A stretch of 64,000 nucleotides of DNA from Lingula anatina (GCA_051362555.1 CM120647.1:12748651-12812650); one strand, 5' to 3'; counted from the stretch's first letter, positions 38,082 to 53,130 are shown. Translations and numbers: made by a program. The notes: generated from the letters alone by a model not told the origin.

Positions 38082-41078
38082 CATAAAAGCTCCCAAAGCA
38101 ATTCTTGTTCAAGTGTTCTTTGCCACCTCAACCAAGTAGCATTACGAGGATCCTGTTATGACAAGAACAACTTGTTGTCTTTACCAGCCTCTGTATCTTG
38201 TAATCAACTTTGAGCCAGATGCTTATTTACAATATTCCTAGTCGGGCATGATTTTGCTGCTTGGCTGATTTTCTTTGTTTCATCTTCTGATTTGTCTTCC
38301 ACAGTGCCATTGGGGGCATGTCCACTGTTCCCATATTAAGTGCAGCATGTGGATTTTTCATAACGTGAACAAGAAATCATTCAGGCTATGTTGAAGCACT
38401 TATCCTGTGCTGGAAGCTTCACTTGACTGATTTGTTTCTAGTCATCCTGCCATAGAAACTAAAATAACATCAGTCTTATGTCTGCTTGCCATGGAAACCA
38501 GAGTGAAATCAAGCTCATTAATTTAACTGTCAATTTATGAGCTTTTACATCATAGCGAAACCTTCTCTCAGCACCAAGGTACCTGCATTGCCGCGCATAA
38601 TTGTCAGATGACTTGAGTTACTTCTTCGGTTTTCAGACAAATTATGTACATGGAGAAACAAGAGTGGAAACATGTTATATGTATCTTGCCACTTCACATT
38701 TTTTGTGCTAATTTTTAATCACTGTCAGATGGAAGCAGTCTACTGAATCCAGTGCAAACCCTTTTTTTTTTTTTTTTTTGCCACATTAGTAAATAAATGA
38801 AGCATGTAACAAAAATGTGTACATAAATGAAGCTTCTTTCTTTTTCTTTCTTTAATTTTCCTTGGATTATTTTATTTCTTTCTTTTTCTTTATTTTGTGT
38901 CCTTGGCAGTGTCGATGAAATGATGTCATTCTTAGCCCTATGTTCAGTGAAGTCAAAATCCATTGAGTCTGTCATTTCCTGCTGTTTATCCATGTGCATA
39001 AAAGACGTCCTCTCCTGACTTCCTCCATCTCTTTGTCAAACTGCCTTTCTGAATTAAGTAACTTTGTCAGAAGTTCCATAATTGTATATATGTGGACTTC
39101 AGGAACTTAAGTTGATGTCTGCTGATACAGGAGGTAGTAACCCTAATAAATCCTTAATGTGAAACTGAGGGTTTCTATAATAATAATAATTATTATTATT
39201 ATTATTATTATTATTATTGTTATTATTATTATTATTATTATTATTTAACAGCTACCATATTTTTCTTTCCTTTCCACTTTTCTTGATTGAGCTGTCTGTG
39301 TTGCCAATGTTTATATGGGGCAATGGTGCTCATGCACGATGCCACCTGGCGCCACCTGGGTGAAACTGCCAGTGACAGTTGATATCAACCAATGAATTTC
39401 ACATATTTATATCTTGGCATGTGTATCTCATATTCAGAACATGCATCAGCATAATCAGCTACTTGTACCTCAGTAGGAATTGGTGAAAATGGAGTCATCA
39501 TGTTTTGATAATTTTCTGGAAATCACTGATGAGACTTTTGTCAGAATTACAACTTTTTCAGGGTCATTTGGGTCATTCTTGTGAATTGTGTACCCTGGAC
39601 CCCCTGCCATTTTCCTACTTTTTCAGTGAGGACTGGTCTCATCCCTGGAAAAGGGAATTGTCTTGTTCCGAGATATTTGACGGACTCTTTTTCTGACTGG
39701 CATTTGGAGGTCCCAGTGACAAAACTGTCTTCTCTCTGTCAGCTTCTGCTGCCATCATCTTGAAATGGTCTTCTGAATTCATTTGGAGATATCTCCTCAT
39801 AGCTCCTTATTTCCTCAAAAGAAATTTGTGAAGTGGAGCATGGGTCATTTTATGGCAGTTTGACCTTGTCGCCTTGAGAAATTGTATTCCTCCTTAAACA
39901 TCTCCAGATGATGATGTAATGGAAAATATACTTATTTATCTACATCTCTATCATCACCATCATCATCTTCATCATTTTCATCATCAAGGCCATCCTTTGC
40001 CTGGATTGGAATGGCAGCAGCAGCAGTAGTGGCTTGCACAAATGTAAGTATACTTTTAACCATACTAGCTGGACCACATGCTGTTCAGCTCCTCTTTAAC
40101 CATAACTTTTTTTTCTATTGACCCAACTTATGTTTTTTGCTGTAATTCTCTCTCAGCCAGTTTGCTACTCGGATTGATTTATCTTACAGGCGGAAGTCCA
40201 TTAAGACCCTGGTGCTTTGAGGTCACATGACTCTGGTTTATGAGATCCAAGGTAATCTGTTGTCAGCCGCCGTTCTTGAAAACATTGTCAATATTTATCA
40301 AGGAAGGAATTAAGGGAATTAATGTGCCATACAGTATTTACTGACTGAGGAATTACGAGATTTGTGTCTATGATATATGGCAACTGTAATGCACCATTCA
40401 CATTTTTTATAGCAATGTTTAACTGCATAAGAAAGTAGGGAATTTTGATTGTGATACGTTATAATGCCGTTCTTGAAAGCATTGTCAATGTTTACTGACA
40501 GAGGAATTAGGGGATTTTAGAGGGGATATATTGCAACTGGAAGACGGCACTAGCTTACACTTATGAATTAGTTTATTTTTAAAGGATATGAAAAAGATAT
40601 ATTGCTTTCAAATTGTTAACCTGAATTAAAGTTGAAAATTTGTATTTTTGATACAAAGCACCAGCTATTTTCTGGAAGACAAGACTAACAGTGAATGTAA
40701 GTTAAATTGTATTGTTAAAAGTTAAGATAACAATAAAGGTTTATTTTTTTTAGATGGCTTGATCTGGCCCCTGCTATAGAAAAAAATTACGTATATATCT
40801 GTTGTCAAGGTTGTGTTTCTATCAGTAGTAGGTTATCTTGTATCTGAGTAACAAGTTAACAACACTGCCAATATTTACCTGTCAGTTTTATTTTATCAGT
40901 CACTTGAGTCATCAACGTGAGGTAAATGAAGGACTGATAAAATTGCAACAGTATATGGTGATTAGAAGAGGATTATGAGGTTGGATTGTTACTGTTACAT
41001 TATTGTTGTAAAGTACAGAAGTTTGATTAGCAAGCAGCTTCAAGGAAGCAGTAGTCAAGGTGATGAACTTATCTGTTT

Positions 41079-41253
41079 GGCCCCATTCAGAACAGTGGAC
41101 TAACTAGTCCGAGGATCAAATATGGTGACCCAATTCAAAGCTTGCTGTCTAATCCACTAATACACACCGAATAGATATCATGTGGGGAAGTATTCAAGTG
41201 GGTCGGCCATATTTGACCCTCGGACTAGTTAGTCCCCTATTCTGAATGGGGCT
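41079..41253. mobile_element. Family A MITE
   Basis: ~55-bp TIRs gccccattcagaacagtggactaactagtccgagg / cctcggactagttagtcccctattctgaatggggc. Confidence 0.9.
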
Positions 41254-41718
41254 TTTAACTGGTACATCTGTAACAGCCTTGTCAACATTTACCAACAAGG
41301 AGTTCATATTGGAAGCGTACCGCAGGGCTGAGAAGAATACTGACTGAAGTATTTATCAAATGTAAGACATTGGGATTGTGTTGTTGATTATTCTGTGACA
41401 ACCTCGTTGACAGGGGGATTACTTGTTGTAAATTAAGAATAGAGATTCCAGATTGGCATCTAAATAGATAAGCATAGAGAGAGATTATTGTATAAAAGTT
41501 AATATCCAAAAGCTGCAATTGCCTGTTGGTTTTAAAGTTTGCAGCGTAGTTTTAACAATGGTATTTGGAGATAGTTTTGGGATGAAGGACTTTGTGGTAC
41601 ATTTTGGTCTTTCAAGAAATAATGATATTGTACAAGATGACATTGTAGTTTTTGAAGGAGGGTTTGGTAATGTATGTGCAATTGCATGTGCTTTTGAGTG
41701 TGTGCACATTTGTTTGAG

Positions 41719-41771
<53 letters not shown>

Positions 41772-42748
41772 TTTATGTAAATTAAGAATACATGATATTA
41801 TCTTAAGATGGAATTTTCACACAGTGCACTGTCATTTTCTGATCATTCTGTATGATTCCCTCTAGGCCACCATTCACAGTCCAGAATCTTCTTTTTTTTT
41901 TTTTTTCAAAGTGCCATATTTCATTTCTTGATAGGTTTAGCATTAAGGAAATTGATCTCACAGTCTATCTCCAGGGATACAGGTTAGAGAGAGTGATATA
42001 TGAGATTGTCACTTAAGAACAGCATATTATTTTACTTGGAATATATGCCAGTAAATCTGGAAGCTGACAGGTCATTTATTTAACCTTAAATTTTTGCTTC
42101 CTTGTGACTTGAACAAATTTGTCTTGGTTTTTTGCAATTATTTACTCGAAGAAATTCTTTATTTGTTTATTTATTTATTGTTATCAGTGGACAGTGACAT
42201 GGAAGCATGAGAGTAGTGTACATGTATCTTTCTGTGGAGGCTCCACTTCTGTCTTAACCTGGCAGTCTCCAGGAAAAAGCTCTTCTCTCAATTTGAGTTG
42301 ACTTCTGACATAGTCAATATTTCTGTAAGGGATTGATCTAATTATTTGAGCCCCAGGGATTGCCAGGCTCCACTGCCATCAGAACCCTATAGATCTTTCC
42401 TGGAAATTGGAGCCATCTTCTGGTATCCCACTTGGATCCAATTGGTCATAGTTGATTACTGGGTAAACTGTCATGTACCCCGATTTTCAGAGAGATTACT
42501 GGAAACTCACCGCTTGTCTTCACTTTGCAGAAACCAAGCAAGCCACAGTGCGGCAATTGCATTTTGGGTAAAATTGTTGTCATAAACCTCCAGATATCTT
42601 CTGGCATCTCTGCAATTTGGGCTGAGCTGGTTAGGGCTTTCCTGCTTACTGTTTACACTCTCAATTTCCCACAGTGCAGTTTGAGACTATATAGTACATG
42701 GGGGTATGACAGTGGGACTAATATCATCCGGTACTAGCTTCCTAACTG

Positions 42749-42820
<72 letters not shown>

Positions 42821-43211
42821 TGTACTTGCGTACATCCAAACACCCATGTACTGCTAAAGTGCACCACAGGTTGAAATAAAAACATTATTATACCTTTGAT
42901 GTTATCATTCATATAAAAAATATCCTCAATTGGCCCCCTCCCTGTTCATTTTACCATTATTATTTCGCCCATTCATCCAGGCACTAATTTTTTTATTACA
43001 TATCACCAAGACCTACAGTTCGTGGGTAAACACTGATAGTGATCTGTTGCCTAGCAGTAAACAACACAGGTGCTGTAAACAACATGTGGATGCATGGAAA
43101 CCCACCTGGGCATGGCATTTCACACCCCTGTCAGTTGAACAGGTGGAAAAATTTATGGTCATTTAATGGGTGATTTGCAGATATGCGGGCCATATTGTCC
43201 ACGTAATGTGT

Positions 43212-43393
43212 ATCAATTTATGACCCCCACAAAATGGGCTAAATTGGTGGTTGATTTATATCATATAATCTGAGATATTTGTTGACCACAGAAATGGCAC
43301 TATAAAGATTTTTCATATTATCTGTAATGGATCAATTTATGACCATAGCAAAATGGGTTACATTGGTGGTTGATTCATATCATATAATGAGAC
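43212..43393 (+). repeat. ~60-bp direct repeat pair within a degenerate HINE-like remnant
   Basis: atcaatttatgacc...aaaatggg.ta.attggtggttgatt.atatcatataat occurs twice, ~120 bp apart; a TGACCT-repeat/aaagtttcat motif follows at 43560-43655. Confidence 0.6.
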
Positions 43394-44213
43394 TTGGGGC
43401 TGGTGAGTTTTTGGCATGTGCTTATCTTGATATTTTACAAAGTTTGACATTTTATTGATTTATTTTATTCAAGAAATTCAGAATTTTGACCATGGAAATG
43501 TCACTATTTAGATTTGTTTCCTAACAAAAAATGTAGCCCATAGAACGACAATTTGCCTGTGTTGATCTTGACCTGTGACCTGACCTTTGACCTGACCCTG
43601 ACCTCATCAATACTATGTTTTATACCCTTATGTATCATAAGGACAAAGTTTCATCGATTGTATTGTGTTCTTTGTTTTTTATTTCTTTTTTAATACCCCT
43701 GTGATTGTTGAAGCCAGGTGCACACAGACAGATGTGGAGCCAACAGATTCAGAACAGATCAATGCTTGGTGCTTGAGGGCACTTTTAATTAAACGGAAGT
43801 TGATTTTAAAGAGAGGAAAGTGTTTGTTTTTCTCATGGTAAAGGTTTGTCAAGGTGAGCTTGCAAGGTTTTCTGAAAGGAGCATTTTTTTCGGACCTACT
43901 TATGAGGACGTGGAATTGATTTGTCGTGCTTACTGGGTATGTAGAACAGCATCTTTGTTTGTGTGTGTGTGTGCGTGTGTGTGTGTTTACATATGTATAT
44001 GAATGTATATATATGCTTACACAAACAGAGGCACACTGCATACAAATAGACACAAATAATGTCTTGCATGCACACACAGTGACTCACACACACACATACA
44101 CTGACATACACATATATACACACATATACAGAGATGCACGCATACATACACATGCACATACATATATACACACACATGAATACAGACACACACACACACA
44201 CACACGCATACAG

Positions 44214-44245
<32 letters not shown>

Positions 44246-44596
44246 ACACACACACATAAACATTTCACCTAGCCCCAAGTTTACCTTGGTCACTGTGTGC
44301 AGTCATACAGATACCGTCACTATTGTCCTTTTATCTTAATTCACGCATGACCTCACATCAACTTGTGACAAAAAATAGTGTGGCATCTCTGATAAAGAGA
44401 ATGGTGGTGAGGCATCCTAATATCACTGTGTATTTCACCAGCAGTTTGGATATTTTATATATGTGCCAAGTTTGTGAAATTTGTAGTAAGTACTTTGGTA
44501 AGAAAAGTTTGTCACCAGATGAATGGACAGATAGGTTTATACATTTATTTACATGCACACTCCTACACATGTAGACATTCACATTATTAAATAGAA

Positions 44597-44634
<38 letters not shown>

Positions 44635-45472
44635 TGATATATTATACTTAATATTGATATATTACAATATAATACATTTTCCTAACACATTGACCTGTTG
44701 CAGGCATTCAGACACAAACAAAACACCACAGGGACCTGTGTCGCAATATATCCAATATCCGCATTTTATAACTTGACATTGGCTGATAGAGATTATACAT
44801 AAAGGCTTTATTATAATACAGGAGCACCAGTTGCATTCAAATGAAGGCAGCTGTCAGGATTATCTGATATACAATAGTCAGGGATATACTGCACAGTGGT
44901 GCAAATGCACTCTGCCTTTTCTGTGATGTTGTCAGAAAGATTTAGGATTTGATGTGGATTTTATGTATCTGCAGAGTCAGCTGCACTATAAGAAAGTATT
45001 TAAAGGTAGGTTGGCAATGACCTGAATGGTTTGACAGCCACATTTTGACTTCAGGTAACTATTAATGTGTAGTGGAATGAATTGAGACTGTACTTAAAGG
45101 CAGCCCTTTAATGTATGTTGCCTGTTCACTTTTTGTGTTGACAGTTTTATGTTCATATAAATTTACACCTGACATTGTAATTATATATATTTGGGGAAAA
45201 ATGTAGGAATTCACGTTTTTAACTATGCTGTAAATAATAAGGCAGTCCTTAAAGGTAGATTGCTGAGGTCTGATATAGTGTGATAGTCATGTCTTTAATT
45301 CTGCTCACAGTTTAAGTGAATCAAGAAGACTTGAGATGTTGTTTTAGCTGTACTTAGAAGCTTAAAGCCAGGTATAGGTAGCTACTAGTCACTGACCTAT
45401 TTGTGGTGACATCTTTATGCTGTCTGTTAATTGCCACCTGACATATCTTAACACACTGTGTCATAAAGATTT

Positions 45473-45612
45473 AAAGGTTAAAAGTAAAAGTATTGTTTAT
45501 TGTCTGACTGCTTGGATAAATCATCAGACTTCACAGTTTGTATCTGATCTGTATGGATCTATTCAATCATGAGGGGATCTTGATCACCTCCCCGGGGATA
45601 ATACAACACCTG
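45473..45612 (-). mobile_element. SINE 3' fragment
   Basis: (AAAAGT)n tail and ctccccggggataatacaac, related to the ctccctagggaggatacagc motif of the SINE at 20285. Confidence 0.45.
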
Positions 45613-46483
45613 GGTCATTTATGTTGAAGTACATGTTTTAATTTGGTAGGTTGTCGGTTGTCAGCAAAGGTAGTTTTTATTTCATTTATTTATTTATTTA
45701 TTTATTTGTTTTATCTAATTTTTTTAATCTGATAGCTTCTGATAGCTGACATCATGTGACAGAATGGTTTGGGATTGAGAGGTGACAACAATGATTAGAT
45801 AATTATGTTATTAAATGAGTCATCAAAAGTGTATTGAACTATATTTGGACACGGTGGTTTGTTGGCATTTTGTTGCTGAGAAAGATTTAGACCAGTGTCA
45901 AAACCAATGAGAATATTAAACCCTTGAAGGATTGCACTGGAATGATAAGTGGATGGAGTTTAACATTTAGAAGGCTTGCTAACAGGCAGTGGAGGTTGAA
46001 ATATTGGTGCAGTGTCATAAACTTTTACCTTCTGTTACTTCCTGTTGAAGTTAAAACTAAAACATATTTTGTTGAAACTGTGCAGAACGTGCCCTGACCC
46101 CTGCAGTGACCCAGCTATTGTATAATAGGGACTTCAAAGATAACAGCAGCCCAGGTAGAGGTGGACTACACAGGGTTCTTGGGGTGAGTGTTTACCTTTA
46201 ACATGTGCGTGAGAGTGTACTTACAGGTAAAGTGTAAAATGGTTACTGTTATTTTGTATACAAGGTAGGATTATGAAATGTCGGTGTGCTTGGCTTTTGG
46301 TTATATGGTAAAATGGTTCTTTCATGATATAGAATATTATATTTGTAGAGATCATACCTATTCATGAATGACACATGAAAAAAAATGGTAATTTCTGTAG
46401 CACCAGCATAACTATGTAGTATATATTAACAAGTACTTGTATTGCAATTAAAGAAGTATAGGTTCTCTGAGTGGAAGTATATA

Positions 46484-46519
<36 letters not shown>

Positions 46520-47559
46520 TGTATTGCTAGGTATGCCTTTCTTTCAAAACGCTGTGACCCTAAGTGGCTTGAAAAAATGTGGTGTAAAGTTCACCGCACT
46601 TGTCCTTCACTTGTATAACAAAGATGCTTCTTAATTGCTATTAATATCTGCTTGTAAAGTATAAAAGATCGTCTAGAGTCTGAAGTCCACCAGTACTTAT
46701 TGTGCCTTTGTTCTTGTGTGAGAAACAAGGCTGTATGTTTTCATATATATCTGGTTATGCAGAGAAGTATGGTATTGTCTTCCATTTCATCATGTGCAAT
46801 GCCCATAATTATAGGTACGTACTTGCATGACAAAGATCTTAATTAGTGATAGCATTTGTTTGTGAATTACTTATAAAAATACAATAAGATTTATAGTTTA
46901 ACCACACTTTTTACCCATGCTGTTCCCTAGGCTAGTACTAGCACAGAGAGAGCTCCTACTTTTGGTTGTTATTTTGTAAAGTTCTGTGATATGTGTTAAT
47001 GAATGACATATGAGGATATGATCATTTCTGTAGGACCTGCACACTTGCAGTATCAATACTAGTGTATACTTGTAATAGGATTAAGTACAGGCTCTATAAG
47101 CATGAATGCCTGATGATGAATATTCACCATTTTCTGCAAATTTTAACTGCCGTGGTCACGGTGAATGCCATTTAATTTAAAAGTAGGCTAATGTAAAATG
47201 TATTTTGGCTCCTGAATGTAGAATGGAGGACACAAAGCTTTTGTTGTCGTAGCTGTCTCTGATTTATGTGGTGTGAGATAAGATTTGTAGTCTTAAATGG
47301 AAGCCATGACGGAGAGAATATAAAGGTAGGCTGTCTTTTTTCATCAGATTTTAACTGTGATGAAAAATCATATTGTTCCTGCCATACAGCTTTCAGTTTG
47401 TCATTAAGTTTTGCTGGTTTGAATGTTTAAAAATCGTAAATTGGCATTTTAAGACATGGTCTGCAGCAGGTATTTTGTTAAGAATTGACTATAAGTGTGG
47501 TTAGCGATTCTTTCCCTCCCCTCTCTTTCTCTTTCACCCACCTCTCTCTCTCCTCCCCC

Positions 47560-47645
<86 letters not shown>

Positions 47646-50600
47646 AGTGCCGGTGTGTGTCCCACAAAATTATAACAGGATCTGTCAGTCAGATCTCTAA
47701 CAAATATAACCATTAAAAATGAATGGAGGTTCACATGCTGAGTGGTTTTAACTATTCCATGTAGGAGTTAAAGTGAACCAGATGTGGACAGAGCCACCAT
47801 ATTGTGAAGTTGAACAGGTAAATGTACAGGTAACAGGAGTCGCTCATCCAATTAAGCTGTATATGGCTTTTACTCAGTAAATTCAAACAACATGAATGTA
47901 ATGATTTTCCAGGGAAAAAAAATGTTTGATTCATAATTGTAGGATGTTTGGTTTTTCAGAAGTTTTAAGAAATTAGTTCTCCTTGCATTAGAAAGCACAT
48001 TGTTGTGAGTGTCTCATAAAGATGAATTTTGAACATTTTGATATTAAAAATTCGGGTTATTCGAAAACTTAGATATTTACCATAGCAGTGGCTGGAAAGG
48101 TCAGTGCCATAGTTTTAGCCTTATTTGATAAGCTTAAACTAAATCAGATTATCACTTTTAACTAACAGAGATGACTGTTGCATGTCAGTTTTAGCCAAAT
48201 GATCCACATCATTTAATTTAGTTGAGAGAAATATTTCGTATTTTCCTGTTTTAAGCCAGATTGATCCTTGATGTAGTTCATGGTTTTACTGTTGCTCTAT
48301 TTAAAATTGTCTATTAAAGTATTTGGTTAGAAAGAATTCTATTCAAGAGTGTTTTAATAGGAATGGAAAAGCTTGGTGTGTGGAGTGTCATCATAGCATA
48401 TATCTGCCTACAACAGAATTGAAATAGAGAGAGAGAGATATCCCAGACTTCAGCTCTCTATAACCGTCATGTTAATCACACAGTCATAGAATTGAATGTG
48501 TATTTTTCATTCACTACAAATGTGTCCAGTTGACTTATGAATTAAGGGTACTATGTAGAAAGTGACGTTAATTAAACTAGTATCAAGTAGAAGGACATTC
48601 ACATAATGATGGCTACTGTTATGTCATAAGACTATAAACAGTCTGTGGCAGGTAAGTTAAAATTTGACTAGGAGAAATAATATCATCAGGCATGTTATGC
48701 AGTCAAAGTTAAGTGAAAGATTCTTCAAACTGCTGCTAAAACATAGTTATCACCACTCCAATAATTCACAAGATGCCTTTCAACAAGGCTGGATGGATTG
48801 GTAGTATTTCTTCTTCTTCTTCTTCTTCTTATTATTATCAGTATTATTATTATCTATTATTATGATTCTACTGGAAAGAAAGATCTGTGGATAACATTGC
48901 TACAGTATGTTTCCCTTAGGTATCCTGAACCCTGAAAGATTTATATTTCATTTCACAAATGTTTCATTTTCACCCTGGCATCATAGATATTGCATCATAT
49001 GCCTCATCGTATAATGAGTAATAGGATATGAGGTGCAATAAATATCAAATAAAAAACATCAAATTGTCATGAAAAGTGAATGTCATGAAAGTGACTGCTT
49101 GTTTGTAATGTGAAATAGGACAATATATTGTATGCCAGAACATGTTTATTTTAGAGGTGGAGACCAGTTAGACTGCTTGGTTGGGATAAGATAAGAAATT
49201 TTATCAGAGGCATGAATGTAAGGTAGTGAATTGATGTTTTTTTTTCCTGCCTGCCTTAAAAGCAGCCTTGTAATAAAACAAACCTACTTGTTTTCTGATT
49301 TAGAAGACTATAGATTGTAATTGTGGCTGCTCAATAGGCCTATATTTACTATTTGTAGTACCTTAAACATGGTAAATACTTTTTTCTTGTTTTTCCTCAG
49401 AGGATGTTGACAGGTTTTTTCATAGGGCACTTAAGTCATTACGATAATTATGGAGCATTCTCTAAGTAGAATGTTTCAGAAAAAATTTATCGATCCCATT
49501 TACTTTGCTGTCTACCTGTTATTTCTGAAATTTCATCCTAGTTGAAAAGGCAAATGTTCACGGTTTATTGTCTTAATTTATAGGTGTGTTTCCACAAGGC
49601 ATTGTTTAGACCATAAATGGGTTAAACTGTAAGAAGTGAGTTTTTCCGCCTTATGATGATAAACACATTAAAAAGGTATTTATTTCTTCACAGACTTTTT
49701 CTGTAATTATAAGAAAATAGTTCAGTATAGTCATCATACCACTTTCGGGGTTATTTAATGTCAAAGACTCCAATCCCTGATTCAGATTTTATAATTAGAA
49801 GAAAATGGCTCAATTTATCTACGTATCAGTTTTGTACCTAAGACAGTTTCCAGCCTTATTCTTAATTACCAACATTAATGCAGCCAAACCGCAAGGTTTT
49901 GAATTTAATGGAAATGAAGAGAGAAAGTGCCCCAGTGGAGTCGTTTTCTGGTTTGGTGAAATGTCTGAAATGGAATTAATATACCCAAGGAAGATAGAAT
50001 TGATTTTATATTTGATTAAAATGGAAACTACAATTTCAAAGCATTCCCTCAAGGACCAGTATGTTTATAAGCACACCTTATTTGAAAGTCAAATATCTCT
50101 GTACATAAGAAAGAATTGCCTATTGTTTCTCAAATTAAATGGTTTTATAAAATTATGGACCAAGTACCTGCAAGCTGTGACATACAAGATGATTGCAGTT
50201 AGAAAAGAGATGAGTTCACAAGTTGATTGAAATAAGAGTGCATCTTAACTGTAATTTCAAAATAAAGCAGAAGAGAGGTGATATTGCTATTCGCAATTCG
50301 CGACGCTTTCAAGTTACAGGGCCCTGGGCATCCCAGGGTCTTTATAATTAACCCGGGTGGGGTAGGGGGGTATGGCTGTGTTATATACCATTGTCTTATG
50401 GGACAAAAAGGTGCCATCTGCCCTTTTTTTTTTTTTTTTTCAGTGTTCTTGGGACTGTGCTCCATGTGTTTAGTGATATAAAACTGTCAGTTTTACATGC
50501 AGAATACAATAATTTCAGTGGAATCAAATGAAGAAAGAATATCCATTGATTGCCAAATATCGTAGAAAAAAAAAACTGAAGTCTTGTAAGATTGGTTTAA

Positions 50601-51352
50601 TAGTAAAATGAAGGGAGATTAGTCGCAGGTGGAATTCTGTAACACTTTCAGACATTGTTTGGTATATTTTAATTGTTTATTTTGTAATAGAATTATGATA
50701 TTGATACACTTATACCTTGGGGTCACATTGTGTCACTGCATGTGAATAAATAATGGACATTGACTTTAAGACCTTCACAGCATTTATCCTGGCATTCAAG
50801 TCTTCCCTACTGTAAACATAAACCATTGTAACAATATTATAATAGTAACTCTATTGCTATATTGTTTATTGTGTTGGTACATATATTATATCAGTAGACG
50901 CCATTGACTTTTTGACTTCAGAATTCAATGACCTTTTCATGTTAATGACCTTGGCCTTGACCTCTGTGCATGACTCTTGACCTCTTGGAAAGGTCAATAT
51001 TACATTTCTCCAGTGGGCAGTGAGTGGTAGTTTAAAGGAAAGGACTGCTGGTAAAAACATAAAGTGAAGTGCTAGATGCAGGCATGTGTGGTCTTTATTA
51101 TGAGGCAGAGAGAAGTTTGAGCAACATTATGCAGGTATATTAGGCTTTGGCATTGGGTCAAAGTTAGGTAGTCGTTTGCCTATCATCTGTCTAACTCGGG
51201 TTATGATGATAGATTACAGGAATTGATATTTATCTCCCTCTTTGTTATCTCTCACAAAGGTGTATTATATTCTTTCTTTGATAATTATTTTATTCATGTA
51301 TGTTATGACATACTAATGTGTAATTATGTTAATTTTTGTACCCCACCCTCTC

Positions 51353-51391
<39 letters not shown>

Positions 51392-52069
51392 CCACCAGGT
51401 GCCATGACAGGTCTCCGTATAGTTGACTCATTCTGGTACATAATGAGTCACAGAGTTTGTCCTCGTCATTGAGTGTCTAGACTAATTGATATTATCCCTC
51501 TTTAGTGGAATTAAAGCTGAGGACACGGCAGTTAGCGAGGTCCTCTTTGTATTCCAGTCTTCATTGTGTGTGGTGTTGGATCAGTTTCAGTGGGACAATG
51601 GCGTGACTGCTTCTGATTACCTCTGTGTGTGCGTGTATCCTGGAGGATATATTATATGTATATAAGCTGTAATGCTCATGTCATGTAAGATGTTTGGAGC
51701 ACAGGTATGGTGAATGTTTAAAGGTATAATAACTCTTTGTATGAGACCTATATTCCACAATAAAAACCTTGTGAATAACTCATAGAAATATAATATATTC
51801 TGTTTTACCACAAAAACAGCAGTTATAGCTTTTATTCTGATATTTGAACTTGTCTTTAGACCACGTGACCTCCATTGATGTCTATACTCTGTTAAAATCT
51901 CTTAAGAGATTTTAACAAAAAACCAAACTTTTTAGAAAAAAACCAGGGACTAACTTTGAATGTAAAAATGGATTCATTAACCATTGGTAAGTATGGAAAA
52001 ATTGTTGTTTACTCCAGGAAAATTCATTTTTTGGCCGAAACGAAGAGTTATTATTGCTTTAACTGTGAT

Positions 52070-52235
52070 CAGGCCCGTAGCCAGGGGGGGTTCGGGGGGT
52101 TCGAAAGAACCGCCCCTTTTGCTGGAAAAGGTCCATTCTGAGTAAAATTTGATCTAGGTACGTGAAGTTTTATGGAAAAAGGTCCACTTTTTTAGAAAAA
52201 GAACCCCCCTTTTGAAATTGCTGGCTACGGGCCTG
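52070..52235 (+). mobile_element. MITE with 5-bp TSD (hAT5-like), copy 1
   Basis: Perfect 15-bp TIR CAGGCCCGTAGCCAG / CTGGCTACGGGCCTG; TSD GTGAT. Confidence 0.9.
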
Positions 52236-52963
52236 GTGATTAAACACAGACGTGAGACATGTTTAGATAACATCATGAAAACATACACGTTTAGCACAGA
52301 TTGACTGGCATACAGACATAAGAGAAGCACACAAAAGTGAGAGGTGAACACCGTGTACACGTACACAACCAGTATGCTCACATACACAGATACACAGAGA
52401 GACTCACATGAGCTTGTAGGCACGGACGTGAATTTACGCGTTCGTGCAGGCTCAAACAACAAACTGACACATACACATTGATACACCTGATGGTGGTCTG
52501 TGCATAAACAAGCAAACATTTGTACACACTATCAGATAGAGAGCGAAATAGAGAAAAAACACGGAGAGAGGTGGAGAAAATTGGAGTGAGAGAGATACAG
52601 AGAGAAAGACAGACTTGGCTTATTCCAAACAATATATAAGTCTCGCAATAAAGTATACAAAAAATGTTGAAAGATAAAAGTAACCCGCAGGTGAATAATA
52701 ATAATGAAGTGTGTCTAGTATTACATGTGCATATCGTTATAACTGTCCAGTTGATGGGGAAGTAACATGCAGTTGAGTAGAGTGGTAAACCATGCAGAGG
52801 CAGTCGGTGGGACAAAATAGAGATTAGGATAGCTCATTGCGATTAGACACGAAATGATAATGATAAAAAATACATAGTAAGTTAGGCAGTTATAATAATT
52901 GGACTGAGTAGACAGGTGTTAGGGCCACAAACTCTGGGATGACAGCAGGCGGGACAGGGAAGA

Positions 52964-53130
52964 CAGGCCCGTAGCCAGCAATTTCAAAAGGGGGGTTCTT
53001 TTTCTGAAAAAGTGGACCTTTTTCCATAAAAACTCCATGTACCTAGATCAAATTTTACTCAGAGTGGACCTTTTCCTAGCAAAAAGGGCGGTTCTTTCGA
53101 ACCCCCTGAACCCCCCTGGCTACGGGACTG
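52964..53130 (-). mobile_element. MITE with 5-bp TSD (hAT5-like), copy 2, inverted
   Basis: Near-identical reverse complement of 52070-52235; TSD GAAGA. Confidence 0.9.

Noticed and set aside
37696-38131. ORFs of 129-138 aa and a CRISPR-like 29-bp periodicity
   Set aside because: The units are contiguous with no unique spacers, there are no cas genes and the context is eukaryotic. The ORFs are translations of the minisatellite.
48640-48660. Perfect donor CAG|GTAAGT (also 51987 and 54189) as further coding first exons
   Set aside because: In-frame stops just upstream or the wrong phase for the 62975 acceptor; at most non-coding, or chance matches.
49805-50230. 141-aa ORF; similarly 54579-54935 and 52378-52815
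   Set aside because: Composition matches AT-rich intron, with no domain motif and no convincing splice boundaries.
52236-52963. Inversion of the spacer by recombination between the inverted MITEs
   Set aside because: Each copy keeps its own matching TSD pair (GTGAT, GAAGA); an inversion would have exchanged the inner flanks.
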